In this document: positions 29,580-44,317 of the stretch, one piece after another | Layout: each line of letters opens with the position of its first letter | Position numbering within the stretch: the first letter of the stretch is position 1 | DNA from: a virus | Taxonomy: Duplodnaviria > Heunggongvirae > Uroviricota > Caudoviricetes | IMG/VR virus record: IMGVR_UViG_2939521961_000011 | Length of the DNA: 64,000 bases | Strand: one strand, 5' to 3' | Program-made: the position numbers and the translations under genes | Notes under the pieces: generated by a model | Database searches by the model: none | Seen by the model: only the letters and a program-made list of their open reading frames with translations | Told to the model about the DNA's origin: nothing

Positions 29580-29908
29580 CAGTTCACCACCTGCTTAAAC
29601 TCCGCGCTGAATTCAACCCGCAGCATGCGAACCCGTGATGACCAGGCGGCACAGGTCACCTTTATCTGCCGCCAGGCATAAGGCGGTGTCCACAGAAACG
29701 CCTTCCAGCCACCGTGCTCTGCCAGGAATGCCTCCAGATGTCGGGCCTCCTCCCGGGTCACGGAAAGCGTCACACGGTATGTTTTCAGGTCAGCATTCAG
29801 CCCCGCCGCCATACGCTGCGAATACCCGTCACCAAAACGCACTTCACGCACCGATGGCTGCGAGTTCACCTCCATATCCGGCTTCACTTTCCAGCGAAAT
29901 GTTTTCAT
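29579..29908 (-). CDS. M: minor tail protein M
   Basis: 109 aa, lambda gene order. Confidence 0.85.
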   Translation of the reverse strand: MKTFRWKVKPDMEVNSQPSVREVRFGDGYSQRMAAGLNADLKTYRVTLSVTREEARHLEAFLAEHGGWKAFLWTPPYAWRQIKVTCAAWSSRVRMLRVEFSAEFKQVVN

Positions 29909-32517
29909 CGCCTGCCTCCGGAAAAGACGCCGCCATCACGCATCTGCGCCTGAATCTCATCCTGCGCCCCCTTGCGGGCCATGTCATACACCGCCTTCAT
30001 CAGCTGCGGCCCCGCCTGTCCGTTGGTGCCGTCGTTCTGAATCACCACGTGATTGTTCTGATTAAAACTAATGCCTTCCGCCCGCCGCATCTGCGCCGGA
30101 CTTCCGGCACCGCCCACATAACCACCTTCCGCATACCCGCGCATCAGACGATACAGGTTGCCGACGCCAATCCGGCTGGTTGCCTCCTTCGTGAAGACAA
30201 ACTCCCCGCGGTGGACAATACCGGCAGGTTCGTATTTGCCACCGGTTCCCGTAAATCCTCCGGTCGCGAAATGGAAGTTCGCCGCCGCAGCCTGAATGGC
30301 CGTCCCCGTGGAGGCAGACGCCCCACCACCGAAAGCACCACCCATGGCGCTGCCAATACTCCCGACAATCCCCACCATGGCCTGCTTCAGAAAAATCTCT
30401 GTCAGCATGGAGAGCACAGAACGGGTGAAACCACGCCAGCTCTGTTCGCTGCCGGTCAGCATCGCTGCCATATTCTGTGCAATACCGTCAAAGGTCTGCG
30501 TGGCCACGCTTTTAACCTGCGAAAAACTGTCCGTCGCACTTTCTGCCCACTCGCCCCAGCCGGACTTCAGACCGGCCATCCAGCTTCCACGAAGCTGCTC
30601 CTCCGCAGACCAGGTGTTCTTCAGTGCAGATGTGGCCTTCGCCAGCGCATCCGGATTATCACCGTACACGTCACGAAGGCGCTGCTCTTCCGACTCCCGC
30701 TGCACCTGACGGTCGGTGAGGCCCCGCGCCTGGGCACTGATTGCCGCCTGCTTCGCGCCCTGCTGCTGCTCAAACCGCGCAGCCTGCTGTGCCAGCTCAT
30801 TCAGCCGTTTCTGGTATTCAACCTTGTCGCCCAGCTCAGCCAGCTGGCGTTTGTACTCCAGCGTCTCGTCTTTATGCGCCAGCAGGGATTTTTCCTGCTC
30901 AGATAACTGTCGTTTCGTGGCAGCCTCTTTCAGGACCGCATACTGACTTTCCGCCTTCCATAAATCACGGCGCTGCCGGCTGATTTTCTCATTCGCACCG
31001 CTGTGTTTTTCCAGCGTCCTGAGCTCAGCTTCAAGGGCAAGCAGAGCCTCTCTTGCCTGCTCCTCTTCCCTCTCCCCGGCAGAGCGCGTTTTCGGTGATG
31101 TATGCTTTTTACCTGTCAGCTCTTCAGCCAGACGGCTGACGGCTTCCTGCTGCCCCGGACCTTTGCTGACGCCTGTTGCACGCGAACGGTTGATGTACCC
31201 CATTTCCCCCTGGCGTATACGCGCATCCCGTTCCGCAATGGATTTTCTCAGCGCCAGTTCATCGCGTTTTGTTTTCTCAATAAATACGCGGTTCTCTTCT
31301 GCCAGTTCACCAAACAACGCACCAACGCCGGGCACATTCTTTGTCGTTTCCCAGGCTGACTGAATAAATTCAGCCAGCGCCAGATCCCCCTGCACAAGCA
31401 GCAGCTTCACTTGTTCAACGGTTCCGGCCACCACGTCAGTGATCAGACTGAGTGCCCCCAGTGTATGATCACCTATCCATGCCCATGCGTCAGAAGTCCA
31501 GGTTTTAACATCGTCCCAGATTTTTTCCACCGGCGTGGCCGCTTTATCAAGTTGCTCCAGACGTGCATTCATGACATCCGCAAACAGGGACATCGCCTCC
31601 GTCACCGCAGCCTGTTTACCTTTCGTGCGCTCAAGCTCATCAATATGGCGTAACTGGGAAACGCTCAGGAAGTTATACTGCTGATTCAGGGAGGCCAGCG
31701 CCTTCACCGGATCTGCTGCAATCCCTTCAAAGGCTTTTTCCACCTTCCCGGCATCGTCCCCCACCGTCTGCAGCCATCTCTGAGAGGTTTCCCCCATGAT
31801 CCGTAGCTGCCCGGCGGTATATTTCCCGCTTTCTGCCAGACGGGCCAGATTTTCTGCCGCCTGTCTGATACCACCACCGGCTTCATCGCTGATCACCCCG
31901 GCCATTTTCCACAATTCTGCCGTTGTGGTGGCAGCCGCCCCTCCGGTCAGGATCAGTGAACGCAATAAGGCCCGGTCAGCCTGCTCTGCCTGCCAGGCGG
32001 CGGCAGCAAGCGCGGCCAGTACGGCAACCCCGCCACCTGCCGCCACACGGGCCACCGACATAAATCGTCCCAGCTCACCGGCATTCCGGGCATTTTCAGC
32101 CAGTGCATTTGCCGTATCTGACAGCGACTCCTCTGATGATTCAGAGGCATCCCTGATCCCGAGAAGTTCCTCCTTCAGCAGGGTAAGCAGGCTGAGCGGT
32201 CCACCGAATGAATCGCTGATCTGCCCCCCCTGCTGCAGCATGATAAGGAAGGGATTCTGACCACCGGCAAGCTGAGTGACAATATCCGTGAACTGTGCGG
32301 GCAGTGTGCGCATGGCAGCCTTATACTGTCCGACTGATATCCCGGCTTTTTGTGCCGCCAGCGCCTGTCGGCTCAGCCCCTGTTCAACAGTACTGGCGGT
32401 TTTTCTGGCATCCGCCTCCAGACTGGAAAAATGACGGCGTACCCGGGCCATCTGTTCATCAAACCGGGCCGCATCCAGACTCAAATCAATAACCAGATCA
32501 CCCGCTGGCTGGGACAT
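29905..32517 (-). CDS. H: tail tape-measure protein H
   Basis: 870 aa, coiled-coil rich, conserved lambda gpH N- and C-termini. Confidence 0.9.
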   Translation of the reverse strand: MSQPAGDLVIDLSLDAARFDEQMARVRRHFSSLEADARKTASTVEQGLSRQALAAQKAGISVGQYKAAMRTLPAQFTDIVTQLAGGQNPFLIMLQQGGQISDSFGGPLSLLTLLKEELLGIRDASESSEESLSDTANALAENARNAGELGRFMSVARVAAGGGVAVLAALAAAAWQAEQADRALLRSLILTGGAAATTTAELWKMAGVISDEAGGGIRQAAENLARLAESGKYTAGQLRIMGETSQRWLQTVGDDAGKVEKAFEGIAADPVKALASLNQQYNFLSVSQLRHIDELERTKGKQAAVTEAMSLFADVMNARLEQLDKAATPVEKIWDDVKTWTSDAWAWIGDHTLGALSLITDVVAGTVEQVKLLLVQGDLALAEFIQSAWETTKNVPGVGALFGELAEENRVFIEKTKRDELALRKSIAERDARIRQGEMGYINRSRATGVSKGPGQQEAVSRLAEELTGKKHTSPKTRSAGEREEEQAREALLALEAELRTLEKHSGANEKISRQRRDLWKAESQYAVLKEAATKRQLSEQEKSLLAHKDETLEYKRQLAELGDKVEYQKRLNELAQQAARFEQQQGAKQAAISAQARGLTDRQVQRESEEQRLRDVYGDNPDALAKATSALKNTWSAEEQLRGSWMAGLKSGWGEWAESATDSFSQVKSVATQTFDGIAQNMAAMLTGSEQSWRGFTRSVLSMLTEIFLKQAMVGIVGSIGSAMGGAFGGGASASTGTAIQAAAANFHFATGGFTGTGGKYEPAGIVHRGEFVFTKEATSRIGVGNLYRLMRGYAEGGYVGGAGSPAQMRRAEGISFNQNNHVVIQNDGTNGQAGPQLMKAVYDMARKGAQDEIQAQMRDGGVFSGGRR

Positions 32518-32911
32518 ATCTCACACCTCCGTAAATCCCCGCTGAAGCCATCATTAATGCAACATCATCCTCGCTGACATCCACCACATCCGCAGAAGGT
32601 GAAATATCGCGCCCTCCGTCCCCTCCGAACCGGACGCCTCCGGCAACTCCTGTCGCTTTCTGCATCAGCATTTCTTCCTCGTCCGGCATCTCCGTCTGCT
32701 CTTCCTCACACGCTGGAGCAAGCAGACTGAAATCCGCCGGATGCATATCCGGATCGCCAAAAAACAGGCTGAGTACGGCGTACATCAGCCCGGAAAAATG
32801 AGCGTCCAGTTGGGTATCCTGAAAATAATGCGTGCAGTAAAAACGTCGCCAGTCGGCATATTCGGTGGATGTCATCCCGGCAAGCATGGCGCGCCAGTCG
32901 GGTCTCCCCAT
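32498..32911 (-). CDS. T: tail assembly chaperone T portion (made as G-T fusion by -1 frameshift)
   Basis: ORF in -1 frame relative to G; lambda order. Confidence 0.8.
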   Translation of the reverse strand: MGRPDWRAMLAGMTSTEYADWRRFYCTHYFQDTQLDAHFSGLMYAVLSLFFGDPDMHPADFSLLAPACEEEQTEMPDEEEMLMQKATGVAGGVRFGGDGGRDISPSADVVDVSEDDVALMMASAGIYGGVRYVPASG

Positions 32912-32937
32912 CTCTCGCGCCAGTTTCAGGACAAAGT

Positions 32938-33360
32938 TCAGCTCGCCTTCGAATGCTTTTTTGATGTTACCGGCTCAGTCGCTTCTGCTTTCCCGGTTTG
33001 TTCAGGATCGGCATCGTGCCGGTTATCCAGCATACCTGAAAGATAAAGCACCCGGTTCGTTGCCTGATTCAGTGCATCAGCAGGCCATCCCAGCATCACT
33101 TCACGGCGGATCTGCTGCATCTCTGTCTCCGGAGAGGCCAGAGTGCCTTTGAGGGAATGGGAATGCCATAGCGACATCGCCACAAGCAGGGATGCCGTTT
33201 CCAGATATCGCTGGTTAATGTGCACGACATCATGCTTCGTTGTCTCCTGTTGTTCTGCGTCTGAAACAAACTTTATATAATCAAACCGCTGCAGCGCAGA
33301 CAATTCGGAAAGCGTGACGGACACACCGTTATATTCAAATTGTTCTGTTTTCAGAAACAT
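32938..33360 (-). CDS. G: tail assembly chaperone G
   Basis: 140 aa, lambda order. Confidence 0.85.
   Translation of the reverse strand: MFLKTEQFEYNGVSVTLSELSALQRFDYIKFVSDAEQQETTKHDVVHINQRYLETASLLVAMSLWHSHSLKGTLASPETEMQQIRREVMLGWPADALNQATNRVLYLSGMLDNRHDADPEQTGKAEATEPVTSKKHSKAS
32988..32994 (-). promoter_or_regulatory. G-T programmed -1 frameshift slippery heptamer GGGAAAG
   Basis: Heptamer found ~50 nt before the G stop on the coding strand. Confidence 0.75.
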
Positions 33361-33373
33361 GTATTACCTCCGT

Positions 33374-34126
33374 TTACCCTGCAGCGCCCGCTTCAGTAAC
33401 GGTGACTTCAGCCACTGCGGCGAACTGACCATTTCCGCTCACCACAGGGATCTGCACCTTACCTGTCGCCACGCCGTTTACCGTAATTGTCATATCTTTC
33501 ACACTAATGGTGGCTTTCGACGGATCGGCGGAAACCGCTCTGAACGTCTTGTCGGTTGCACTTTCCGGCTCAAAAGAAACCGTCAGGGTGGTTGTTTTCC
33601 CTTTTGCCACCGTACCGGATGTCGGCGTCACCTTAATCGCAGTGACCGGCGTAATTTTGCTGCGTTCTTCCGCTACAGAAGGTTTGCCCACGTTGGTCAC
33701 TTTCACCGTGCGGGTGATCACTTCTTTCGCCGTCACGGCCTTACCGATACTGCTGACCCAGCCACGGAACACATCCACCGTGCCATTTGGGAAACGGATT
33801 TTATAGGCCCGCACATCCCCGCTTTCAAACCAGCCTATAAGCCATTTCTGACCTTCTTCTCCCGGTTTCCAGGCCAGCGTAAAACCGGTATCTCCTGCAG
33901 ACTTCTGCCCCTGCCCGGTCGCGGTCCAGTCCGCGTCTTCATCATCCAGGTAGTTATCATCGTAGGGTTCTGCCGTCATCTCGCCCGGCGTCAGATCCTT
34001 CACCTTAGCCAGTCGCTGCCAGTCATCGTCTGACAACGGGTTTGCATAAGCATCACCCTTGCCGTTGTAAACCCACAGAGTGGTACCGGCACCTTTTACC
34101 GGCTCAAGGGGATTTGGTGTTGCCAT
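33374..34126 (-). CDS. V: major tail protein V with C-terminal Ig-like domain
   Basis: 250 aa; lambda order. Confidence 0.85.
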   Translation of the reverse strand: MATPNPLEPVKGAGTTLWVYNGKGDAYANPLSDDDWQRLAKVKDLTPGEMTAEPYDDNYLDDEDADWTATGQGQKSAGDTGFTLAWKPGEEGQKWLIGWFESGDVRAYKIRFPNGTVDVFRGWVSSIGKAVTAKEVITRTVKVTNVGKPSVAEERSKITPVTAIKVTPTSGTVAKGKTTTLTVSFEPESATDKTFRAVSADPSKATISVKDMTITVNGVATGKVQIPVVSGNGQFAAVAEVTVTEAGAAG

Positions 34127-34133
34127 ATCGTCC

Positions 34134-34529
34134 TCACATCTCGTATGTAATGGAATAAGTCAGATCCGCAGAACTCCATAACGCCATATCGTCATCACGA
34201 CGATACTCATAGCCCTGCGTAACCATCGTCGTAATCAGGTCTGCCAGTGCCGGGATCGCAGTCACCGCCGGATAAATCCGGCTTTCCATCCACTGATCAA
34301 GCTCCGAATCCGGTACCTGTGCCGGTAAAAACACCTCAATATGCAGTGTGGCCCGCCAGGTATCTGCATCCAGCTCTTCACCGGTATACTCTGCATCCGT
34401 CAGATAAACCGCGACGGCCGGAAAATCCTCTTCGTCAAAAACAACGGGGCGACCATCAAACAGCGTCGCCCCGTGTTCATGCAGCTCCAGTGCATCCAGC
34501 ACTGCCGCACGGATATCAGTATGTTTCAT
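34134..34529 (-). CDS. U: tail terminator protein U
   Basis: 131 aa; lambda order. Confidence 0.85.
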   Translation of the reverse strand: MKHTDIRAAVLDALELHEHGATLFDGRPVVFDEEDFPAVAVYLTDAEYTGEELDADTWRATLHIEVFLPAQVPDSELDQWMESRIYPAVTAIPALADLITTMVTQGYEYRRDDDMALWSSADLTYSITYEM

Positions 34530-35059
34530 CGTTTTATCGCAATCCTAAGTTGTTGTTTCAGCGCGTATGCCAGTTCTCCGGGCAGACGTTCACGCCGGAT
34601 ACGGTCAATATTCTCATCAAACGCCTGTTTCAGTGGGGCCGCCATCGGGATTTTCACCACATCAATGGGGTAACGGTTTTTCCCGGCCACACGCTGCATG
34701 ACATGCCAGCGACCATTTTTTAATCGCTGGATAAATGCCCGCTGATACCGATGCTGACCAGCTTTAAGTATGCTGTCCGGACGACGGCCCAGCATCCTGA
34801 TCCCCAGCTTAATCACAGGGAGATCACCGCGTTTAACGATAATTCTGGCATTCGGATTTCTGACCGTGGCCCGTTTCAGTCTGGACCGTTCCTTTACCAG
34901 TTTCCGGCGTACCTTTGTCTCACGGGCAACCTGTGATGAAGACTGATTAATCGCCGTTGTGGCCACGCGGTTAATGGCCATTGCTGAAGCCGCCGGAATG
35001 GCGTTTTTACGAACCCGGCTCAGATTTTCAATCGCCTGATCAAGCCCTTTTATCGCCAT
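34526..35059 (-). CDS. Z: tail completion protein Z
   Basis: Lambda order. Confidence 0.75.
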   Translation of the reverse strand: MAIKGLDQAIENLSRVRKNAIPAASAMAINRVATTAINQSSSQVARETKVRRKLVKERSRLKRATVRNPNARIIVKRGDLPVIKLGIRMLGRRPDSILKAGQHRYQRAFIQRLKNGRWHVMQRVAGKNRYPIDVVKIPMAAPLKQAFDENIDRIRRERLPGELAYALKQQLRIAIKR

Positions 35060-35073
35060 AATTCACCCTGCGT

Positions 35074-35427
35074 TTATCGTCGCCGGTTAACTGCCGGTGG
35101 TTGCCCACGGTTGAGCCAGAGATAACAACTCCCTCCGTCATCCGGAGAAACACGGTCCACCCAGAACATCTCGCCGTTAATGGTCAGCGTGTCACCACGC
35201 CGCAGTTGCCGCACATCATCAGTCCGGACAAACAGGGACGGGCTGGAGCCTTCAACGCGCACGCCCTGTCCGGCATAGCTGATATTTTCAGGGTCATCAA
35301 AAACACCACGTATCACAGCACCTGACTGCTCACCGGATGTCATGGTGGCTGACATTCCCATGTACCCGCGTATCGTTTCATCGGCGCGGGCAATGGCAGC
35401 ATCGAACAGGTTATCGAAATCAGCCAC
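35074..35427 (-). CDS. FII: head-tail joining protein FII
   Basis: 117 aa, as in lambda. Confidence 0.8.
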   Translation of the reverse strand: MADFDNLFDAAIARADETIRGYMGMSATMTSGEQSGAVIRGVFDDPENISYAGQGVRVEGSSPSLFVRTDDVRQLRRGDTLTINGEMFWVDRVSPDDGGSCYLWLNRGQPPAVNRRR

Positions 35428-35438
35428 AGCGCCTCCCG

Positions 35439-35834
35439 TTATTGCATTCTGGCCAGGCCATGTTCTGTCATTTCGGCTGCCACACTGGCAGAGACACGGA
35501 ACGCCGTTCCCGGCAGTACGAATGCCACTGGTTCATCCCGCGTGGCGTGAAGTGCAACAGTGTGCAGCGTCACCAGTGCCACGACCGTGACCAGAGCAGC
35601 CGTATCAGTCACGGTATCCGTCTGTGCTGATACCACCTCATTTTCATGCCCGGTCAGCACATTTTCCTGGCTGAGAGGGGTGTCCTGACCGGCAGTGTCA
35701 TCCGTGTCATCAAGCTCTTCTTCCAGCTCTGCCACACGGAGCGCCAGTTCTTCTTTCGTCCCCGTCAGGCTGACATCACGGTTCAGTTGTTCACCCAGCG
35801 AGCGGAGACGGGCAATCAGTTCATCTTTCGTCAT
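35439..35834 (-). CDS. FI: DNA packaging protein FI
   Basis: 131 aa from MTKDELIARLRSLGEQ, as lambda FI. Confidence 0.8.
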   Translation of the reverse strand: MTKDELIARLRSLGEQLNRDVSLTGTKEELALRVAELEEELDDTDDTAGQDTPLSQENVLTGHENEVVSAQTDTVTDTAALVTVVALVTLHTVALHATRDEPVAFVLPGTAFRVSASVAAEMTEHGLARMQ

Positions 35835-35875
35835 GGACTTCTCCACAGAGAGACAATGGCCCCGAAGGGCCATGA

Positions 35876-36901
35876 TTACGCCAGTTGTACGGACACGAAC
35901 TCATCAGGGTCAGCCAGCAGCATCAGCGGTGCTGACTGAATCATGGTGAACTCACGCGCCGGATCGCCGGTGGTCACCCAGTTTTTCGGGTAACGGGCAG
36001 AGGCGTTAATGCCTTCGCGCTGTGCGTCCGCATCCTGAATACAGCCATAGGTACGCAGACCGCGTGCCTGAGTGTTCCCCAGCACCATCGTGTTGTCCGG
36101 CAGGAAGTTCTTTTTGACGCCGTTTTCCACGTACTGTCCGGAATACACGACGATGGCCACATCGCCATACATTCCCTTATAAGACACCGCTTTGCCCAGG
36201 TCTTTTACCGCTGTCTCCAGCTCGGAATGAGAGCCGCGACGGGTATCCAGCTTATCCCTGACGGCTTTGAAGGAACGGAACAGCGCCCATCCTTTCGGAT
36301 CAAACACGATGATATTCACCACGCCGCTGGCGTTCAGCGCGTAGGCTTCGATATCGTCGGTCGGGTCATACGTGGACTTGTCACGCTTGCTCCACTCCGT
36401 GCCGCCGGACTGCGTGATGTTGTTCGCCGCACTGCGGCCCATATCCACCTCAACCGGATCGAAGGCTTCACCGGTCATGGTGTATTTGCCCTTGAGCACG
36501 GCAGAAACTGCCTGCATCTCTTCGACCTGAGCAATGGCCAGCTCTTCGTCACGCATGTTCTGCATGATGATGCGACGGCGGCGGTAAGCCGGGTCCGCCA
36601 GATTCTGCGGATCTTCATCCGGCAGGCGACGCAGGGTCATCTGCGGATTCACTTCATGCTTCGGCTTGACATATCCCGGCGTAAATTCAGAGGTGGAGCC
36701 GCCACGGGAACGGATAACCTCACCAGAAACAATCGGCGAAACGTACAGCGCCATGTTTACCAGTCCCGGAATTTGTGAGAGATAGACTTTCTCCGTGGTG
36801 AAGGGATAGCTCTCACGGAAAAAGAGACGCAGAAACAGCGGATCAAACTTAAATTTCTGCTCATTTGCCGCCAGCAGTTGGGCGGTTGTGTACATCGACA
36901 T
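35876..36901 (-). CDS. E: major capsid protein E
   Basis: Starts MSMYTTAQLLAANEQKF; near-identical to lambda gpE as recalled. Confidence 0.9.
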   Translation of the reverse strand: MSMYTTAQLLAANEQKFKFDPLFLRLFFRESYPFTTEKVYLSQIPGLVNMALYVSPIVSGEVIRSRGGSTSEFTPGYVKPKHEVNPQMTLRRLPDEDPQNLADPAYRRRRIIMQNMRDEELAIAQVEEMQAVSAVLKGKYTMTGEAFDPVEVDMGRSAANNITQSGGTEWSKRDKSTYDPTDDIEAYALNASGVVNIIVFDPKGWALFRSFKAVRDKLDTRRGSHSELETAVKDLGKAVSYKGMYGDVAIVVYSGQYVENGVKKNFLPDNTMVLGNTQARGLRTYGCIQDADAQREGINASARYPKNWVTTGDPAREFTMIQSAPLMLLADPDEFVSVQLA

Positions 36902-36956
36902 AAAAAAATCCCGTAAAAAAAGCCGCACAGGCGGCCTTTAGTGATGAAGGGTCAGG

Positions 36957-37289
36957 TTAAACGATGCTGATTGCCGTTCCGGCAAACGCGGTCCGTTTTT
37001 TCGTCTCGTCGCTGGCAGCCTCCGGCCAGAGCACATCCTCATAACGGAATGTGCCGGACTTGTAGAACGTCAGCGTGGTGCTGGTCTGGTCAGCAGCAAC
37101 CGCAAGAATGCCAACGGCAGCACCGTCGGTGGTGCCATCCCACGCAACCAGCTTACGGCTGGAGGTGTCCAGCATCAGCGGGGTCATTGCAGGCGCTTTC
37201 GCACTCAATCCGCCGGGCGCGGTTGCGGTATGAGCCGGGTCACTGTTGCCCAGCGGCTGGTAATGGGTAAAGGTTTCTTTGCTCGTCAT
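36957..37289 (-). CDS. D: capsid decoration protein D
   Basis: Starts [12 protein letters not shown]..., as lambda gpD. Confidence 0.9.
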   Translation of the reverse strand: MTSKETFTHYQPLGNSDPAHTATAPGGLSAKAPAMTPLMLDTSSRKLVAWDGTTDGAAVGILAVAADQTSTTLTFYKSGTFRYEDVLWPEAASDETKKRTAFAGTAISIV

Positions 37290-37298
37290 AAACATCCC

Positions 37299-38598
37299 TT
37301 ACACTGGTGTGTTCAGCAAATCGTTAACGGCATCAGATGCCGGGTTACCTGCAGCCAGCGGTGCCGGTGCCCCCTGCATCAGACGATCCAGCGCAGTATC
37401 ACTGCGCGCCTGTGCACTCTGTGGTGCTGCGGCCAGAATGCGGCGGGCCGTTTCCACGGTCATACCGGGGGTTTCTGCCAGCACGCGGGCCTGTTCTTCG
37501 CGTCCGTGAGCCTCCTCACAGTTGAGGATCCCCATAATGCGGCTGTTTTCTGCCGCAACCGCAGCGGTGATCTGCGCGTTCACGTCCGGCTGCGCCGCGC
37601 TGGCGTTTTCGCCCTCCGTCGCTGGCACCACGCCAGTAACGTCAGCCTGCGAAGCAGTGGCTGAAACAGTTGTTGATTGAGTCTCTTTGGTCATTCGCCC
37701 TCCTGAGAGACGGGATTTACGTGCATCCAGTGCATCACGCATAACGGTGATCGCATCGGTGCTGTTGACAAGTTCATCAGCCAGTCCGGCATCAATGGCC
37801 TCCTGACCGCTGTACACTGCAGCCTCGGTATCCAGCACAGCCTGCACGGACAGGCCGGTATATGCCGACACCTTCTGCGCAAACATCCGGCGGGTTGCAT
37901 CCATCCGGGACTGCAGTGTTTCCCGGACATCACCCGGTAGATGGCTGTAGGGGTTGCCATCCACCTTATGGCTGCCGCTGTAAATCAGCGTGATTTCCAC
38001 GCCCTGTTTCTCCAGGGCAGCACCGTAATTACTGTGAGCCATCATGACGCCGATGGAGCCTGTCCGGGCGGTCTGCGTGACCAGACGCCGGGAGGCGGCG
38101 CTGGCAAGCAGCTGACCTGCACTGCAGTTCATGTCGTTGGCCAGCGCCCATACCGGTTTTATGTCTCGCACACGGGCGATGATGTCAGCACAGTCAAATG
38201 CTCCCGCCACCATCCCGCCCGGTGTGTCCATATCCAGCAGAATGCCGTCCACCATCGGATCGCTGGCAGCCTGTTGCAGACGGGCGATAATGCCGTTGTA
38301 ACCGGTCATTCCCGAATACGGCTGCAGCGCCCGCGTCCGGCTGACCAGCGTACCGGACACCGGCAGCACGGCGATGCCGTTCATGACCTGATAACTCCGG
38401 GCCTGTCGTGGTCCGTCATCATCACCGGATAACGCCAGCGCCGCGGGTGCCTCTCCGGCAGTCAGGCTGTCGCCGGATACTGCATCCGTCAGGCGGCTGA
38501 TCCCAAGCTGGCCTGCAAGCGCACAAAAGAAAACCCGCGCATAGGCGGGTTCAAGCATCAGCGGCTCATTAAAAGCCATGCTGGCAATATGCGGGAGA

Positions 38599-38618
<20 letters not shown>
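37299..38618 (-). CDS. C: head protease/scaffold C (Nu3 scaffold nested in the same frame)
   Basis: GTG start with GGAGGAG RBS, overlaps the end of B; ClpP-like protease motifs. Confidence 0.85.
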
Positions 38619-42299
<3,681 letters not shown>

Positions 42300-42325
<26 letters not shown>

Positions 42326-42845
42326 TCAGCAACCCCGGTATCAGTTCATCCAGCGCGGCTGCTTTGTTCATGGCTTTGATAATATCCCGTTTCAGGAAAT
42401 CAACATGTCGGTTTTCCAGTTCCGGAAAACGCCGCTGTACTGAGAGAGGGATCCCGTCAAGAATACTGGCAATTTCACCTGCGATCCGTGACAGCACGAA
42501 AGTACAGAATGCGGTTTCCACCACTTCTGCGGAGTCTCTGGCATTCTTCAGCTCCTGGGCGTCAGCCTGCGCACGCGTAAGTCGATGGCGTTCGTACTCA
42601 ATAGTCCCAGGCTGGAGATCTGCCTCGCTGGCAGCCCTGTAATCCTCAACCTCTTTACGGAGTTTTTCATTTTCGATATCAGCTTCCCTCTGCGCATACC
42701 ACTGAATTGCCGTGGCGGTATCAAATACAGATTCAACGCCCTTACCACCTCCGGAGACGCAAGGGAGCCCCTGAGACTGCCAGCGTTCAATCGTTCGCGG
42801 ATCCACGTTGAAAATTTCGGCAAGTTTCTTTTTATTAACCTTCAT
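42300..42845 (-). CDS. Nu1: terminase small subunit Nu1
   Basis: 181 aa with N-terminal HTH, as lambda Nu1. Confidence 0.9.
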
Positions 42846-43019
42846 GAAACAGTCTCACAACAAATACAGGATCCGACATGAAAGTGCCCGAAAATGACTT
42901 TTTCAGGCGTTTTCATGTCGGACCTTTACGGATTCGATATTAGAAAAAACAAATAGTTATGTTCGAGAAGTACCGACATGATTTTCCCCGGAAAATTTTC
43001 ATAAATAGCGAAAACCCGC

Positions 43020-43031
43020 GAGGTCGCCGCC
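43020..43031. other. cos site (cosN 12-nt cohesive end; cosB region toward Nu1)
   Basis: Reverse complement of the lambda left end GGGCGGCGACCTCGCGGGTTTTCGC... found at 42988-43032. Confidence 0.85.
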
Positions 43032-43231
43032 CCGTAACCTGTCGGATCGCCGGAAAGGACCCGCAAAATGATAATAATTATCATCTACATGTCACAACGT
43101 GCATCTACGCCATCAAACCACGTCAAATAATCAATTATGACGCAGGTATCGTATTAATTGATCTGCGTCAACTTAACGTAAAAACAACTTCAGACAATAC
43201 AAATCAGCGACACTGAATACGGGGCAACCTC

Positions 43232-43456
43232 ATGTCAACGAAGAACAGAACCCGCAGAACAACAACCCGCAACATCCGCTTTCCTAACCAAATGATTGAA
43301 CAAATTAACATCGCTCTTGACCTGAAAGGTTCAGGTAATTTTTCAGCGTGGGTTATTGAAGCCTGCAGAAGAAGATTAATTAATGAAAAATATTCTCAAT
43401 TTGTACCCAACAAAGACAAACACGACCAGAGCACCTGTTCAGACAGGTTTACTTAA
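43232..43456 (+). CDS. lambda right-end small ORF homolog
   Basis: 74-aa product MSTKNRTRRTTTRNIRFPNQMIEQINIAL..., matching the ORF adjacent to cos in lambda. Confidence 0.6.
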   Translation: MSTKNRTRRTTTRNIRFPNQMIEQINIALDLKGSGNFSAWVIEACRRRLINEKYSQFVPNKDKHDQSTCSDRFT

Positions 43457-43537
43457 ACGACTTATATATGACACAAAAAGCGACCACTAAAGTCGCTTTT
43501 TCTTATGGTAACAGGCAATAACTCTCTCAGATATTTT

Positions 43538-43852
43538 TTAGCATTTTTTTGACCGCGCGTTTCCGGACGTATTCTGTTCTCCTGTCCCTTTATATCGTCG
43601 GAATACCCGCCGCTCTTCAAATCCCATTCCCAACTCAGAATGTAGTCTGTTGACCGCTTGTTTTATTTCGGTCAGGTTCACCGGTGAAACCGGAGTCCGG
43701 CGCGCCTTACGCAAACACTCTGCTCGTTTCTGTGCCGCCACTTTTCTTTTCTGGTCATCACTTAGCTGTACCATCACTTTTGCCCATCGTTCAGCTGCTC
43801 TCCGGTACAGTCCTTTTTTCTCCAGACATTCTGCCACGTGATCATGTAGCAT
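43538..43852 (-). CDS. PerC-family (Pch-like) transcriptional activator
   Basis: 104 aa with KGLYRRAAERW motif characteristic of PerC/Pch proteins; AT-rich upstream region. Confidence 0.6.
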   Translation of the reverse strand: MLHDHVAECLEKKGLYRRAAERWAKVMVQLSDDQKRKVAAQKRAECLRKARRTPVSPVNLTEIKQAVNRLHSELGMGFEERRVFRRYKGTGEQNTSGNARSKKC

Positions 43853-44317
43853 AAGTGACCTCCGATTATCTACAGACTGCCATCCTGAATTTACCTTCCC
43901 TTAATGAAATAACAATAAAAAACAAACCACGCAAAAACAATAAAACAACACACAAAAAAAACTAAATAATAAACAAAAATAATCACCTTATTTTATTATT
44001 TTTTGAGGGAGCAATTACTGAACAAAAAACGCTGACTATATACTCAAAACCAAACAACTATTCTGCCAATCAGGTATCATGGCAACACACGGAATTACCG
44101 TGTTTTTGCCTTCTCTGCCCATACAATACGGGCATATACTTCATTCTCTATTGTAATATTTCTATCCATGTGCCCCACTCCATTTACCTGTAAATAATAT
44201 TCAAAATATTTATCACAGAAATCGTTTTTGGCCATGAACTGAGCACACTATAAAGTCCGGAACTGACTCTTTGTTAAATTACCTTAACGTTACCAGTAAC
44301 ACCTTCATAACAAAACA

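Noticed and set aside
28189-32260. Plus-strand ORFs of 154-423 aa (28189-28860, 28491-29528, 29635-30906, 30296-30709, 31796-32260)
   Set aside because: Antisense to lambda-like tail genes K, L, M and H, which are strongly supported; compositions are atypical.
36901-36956. Terminator-like hairpin between D and E
   Set aside because: A GC hairpin with T-run is present on the coding strand, but D and E are co-transcribed in lambda; at most a partial attenuator, so not annotated.
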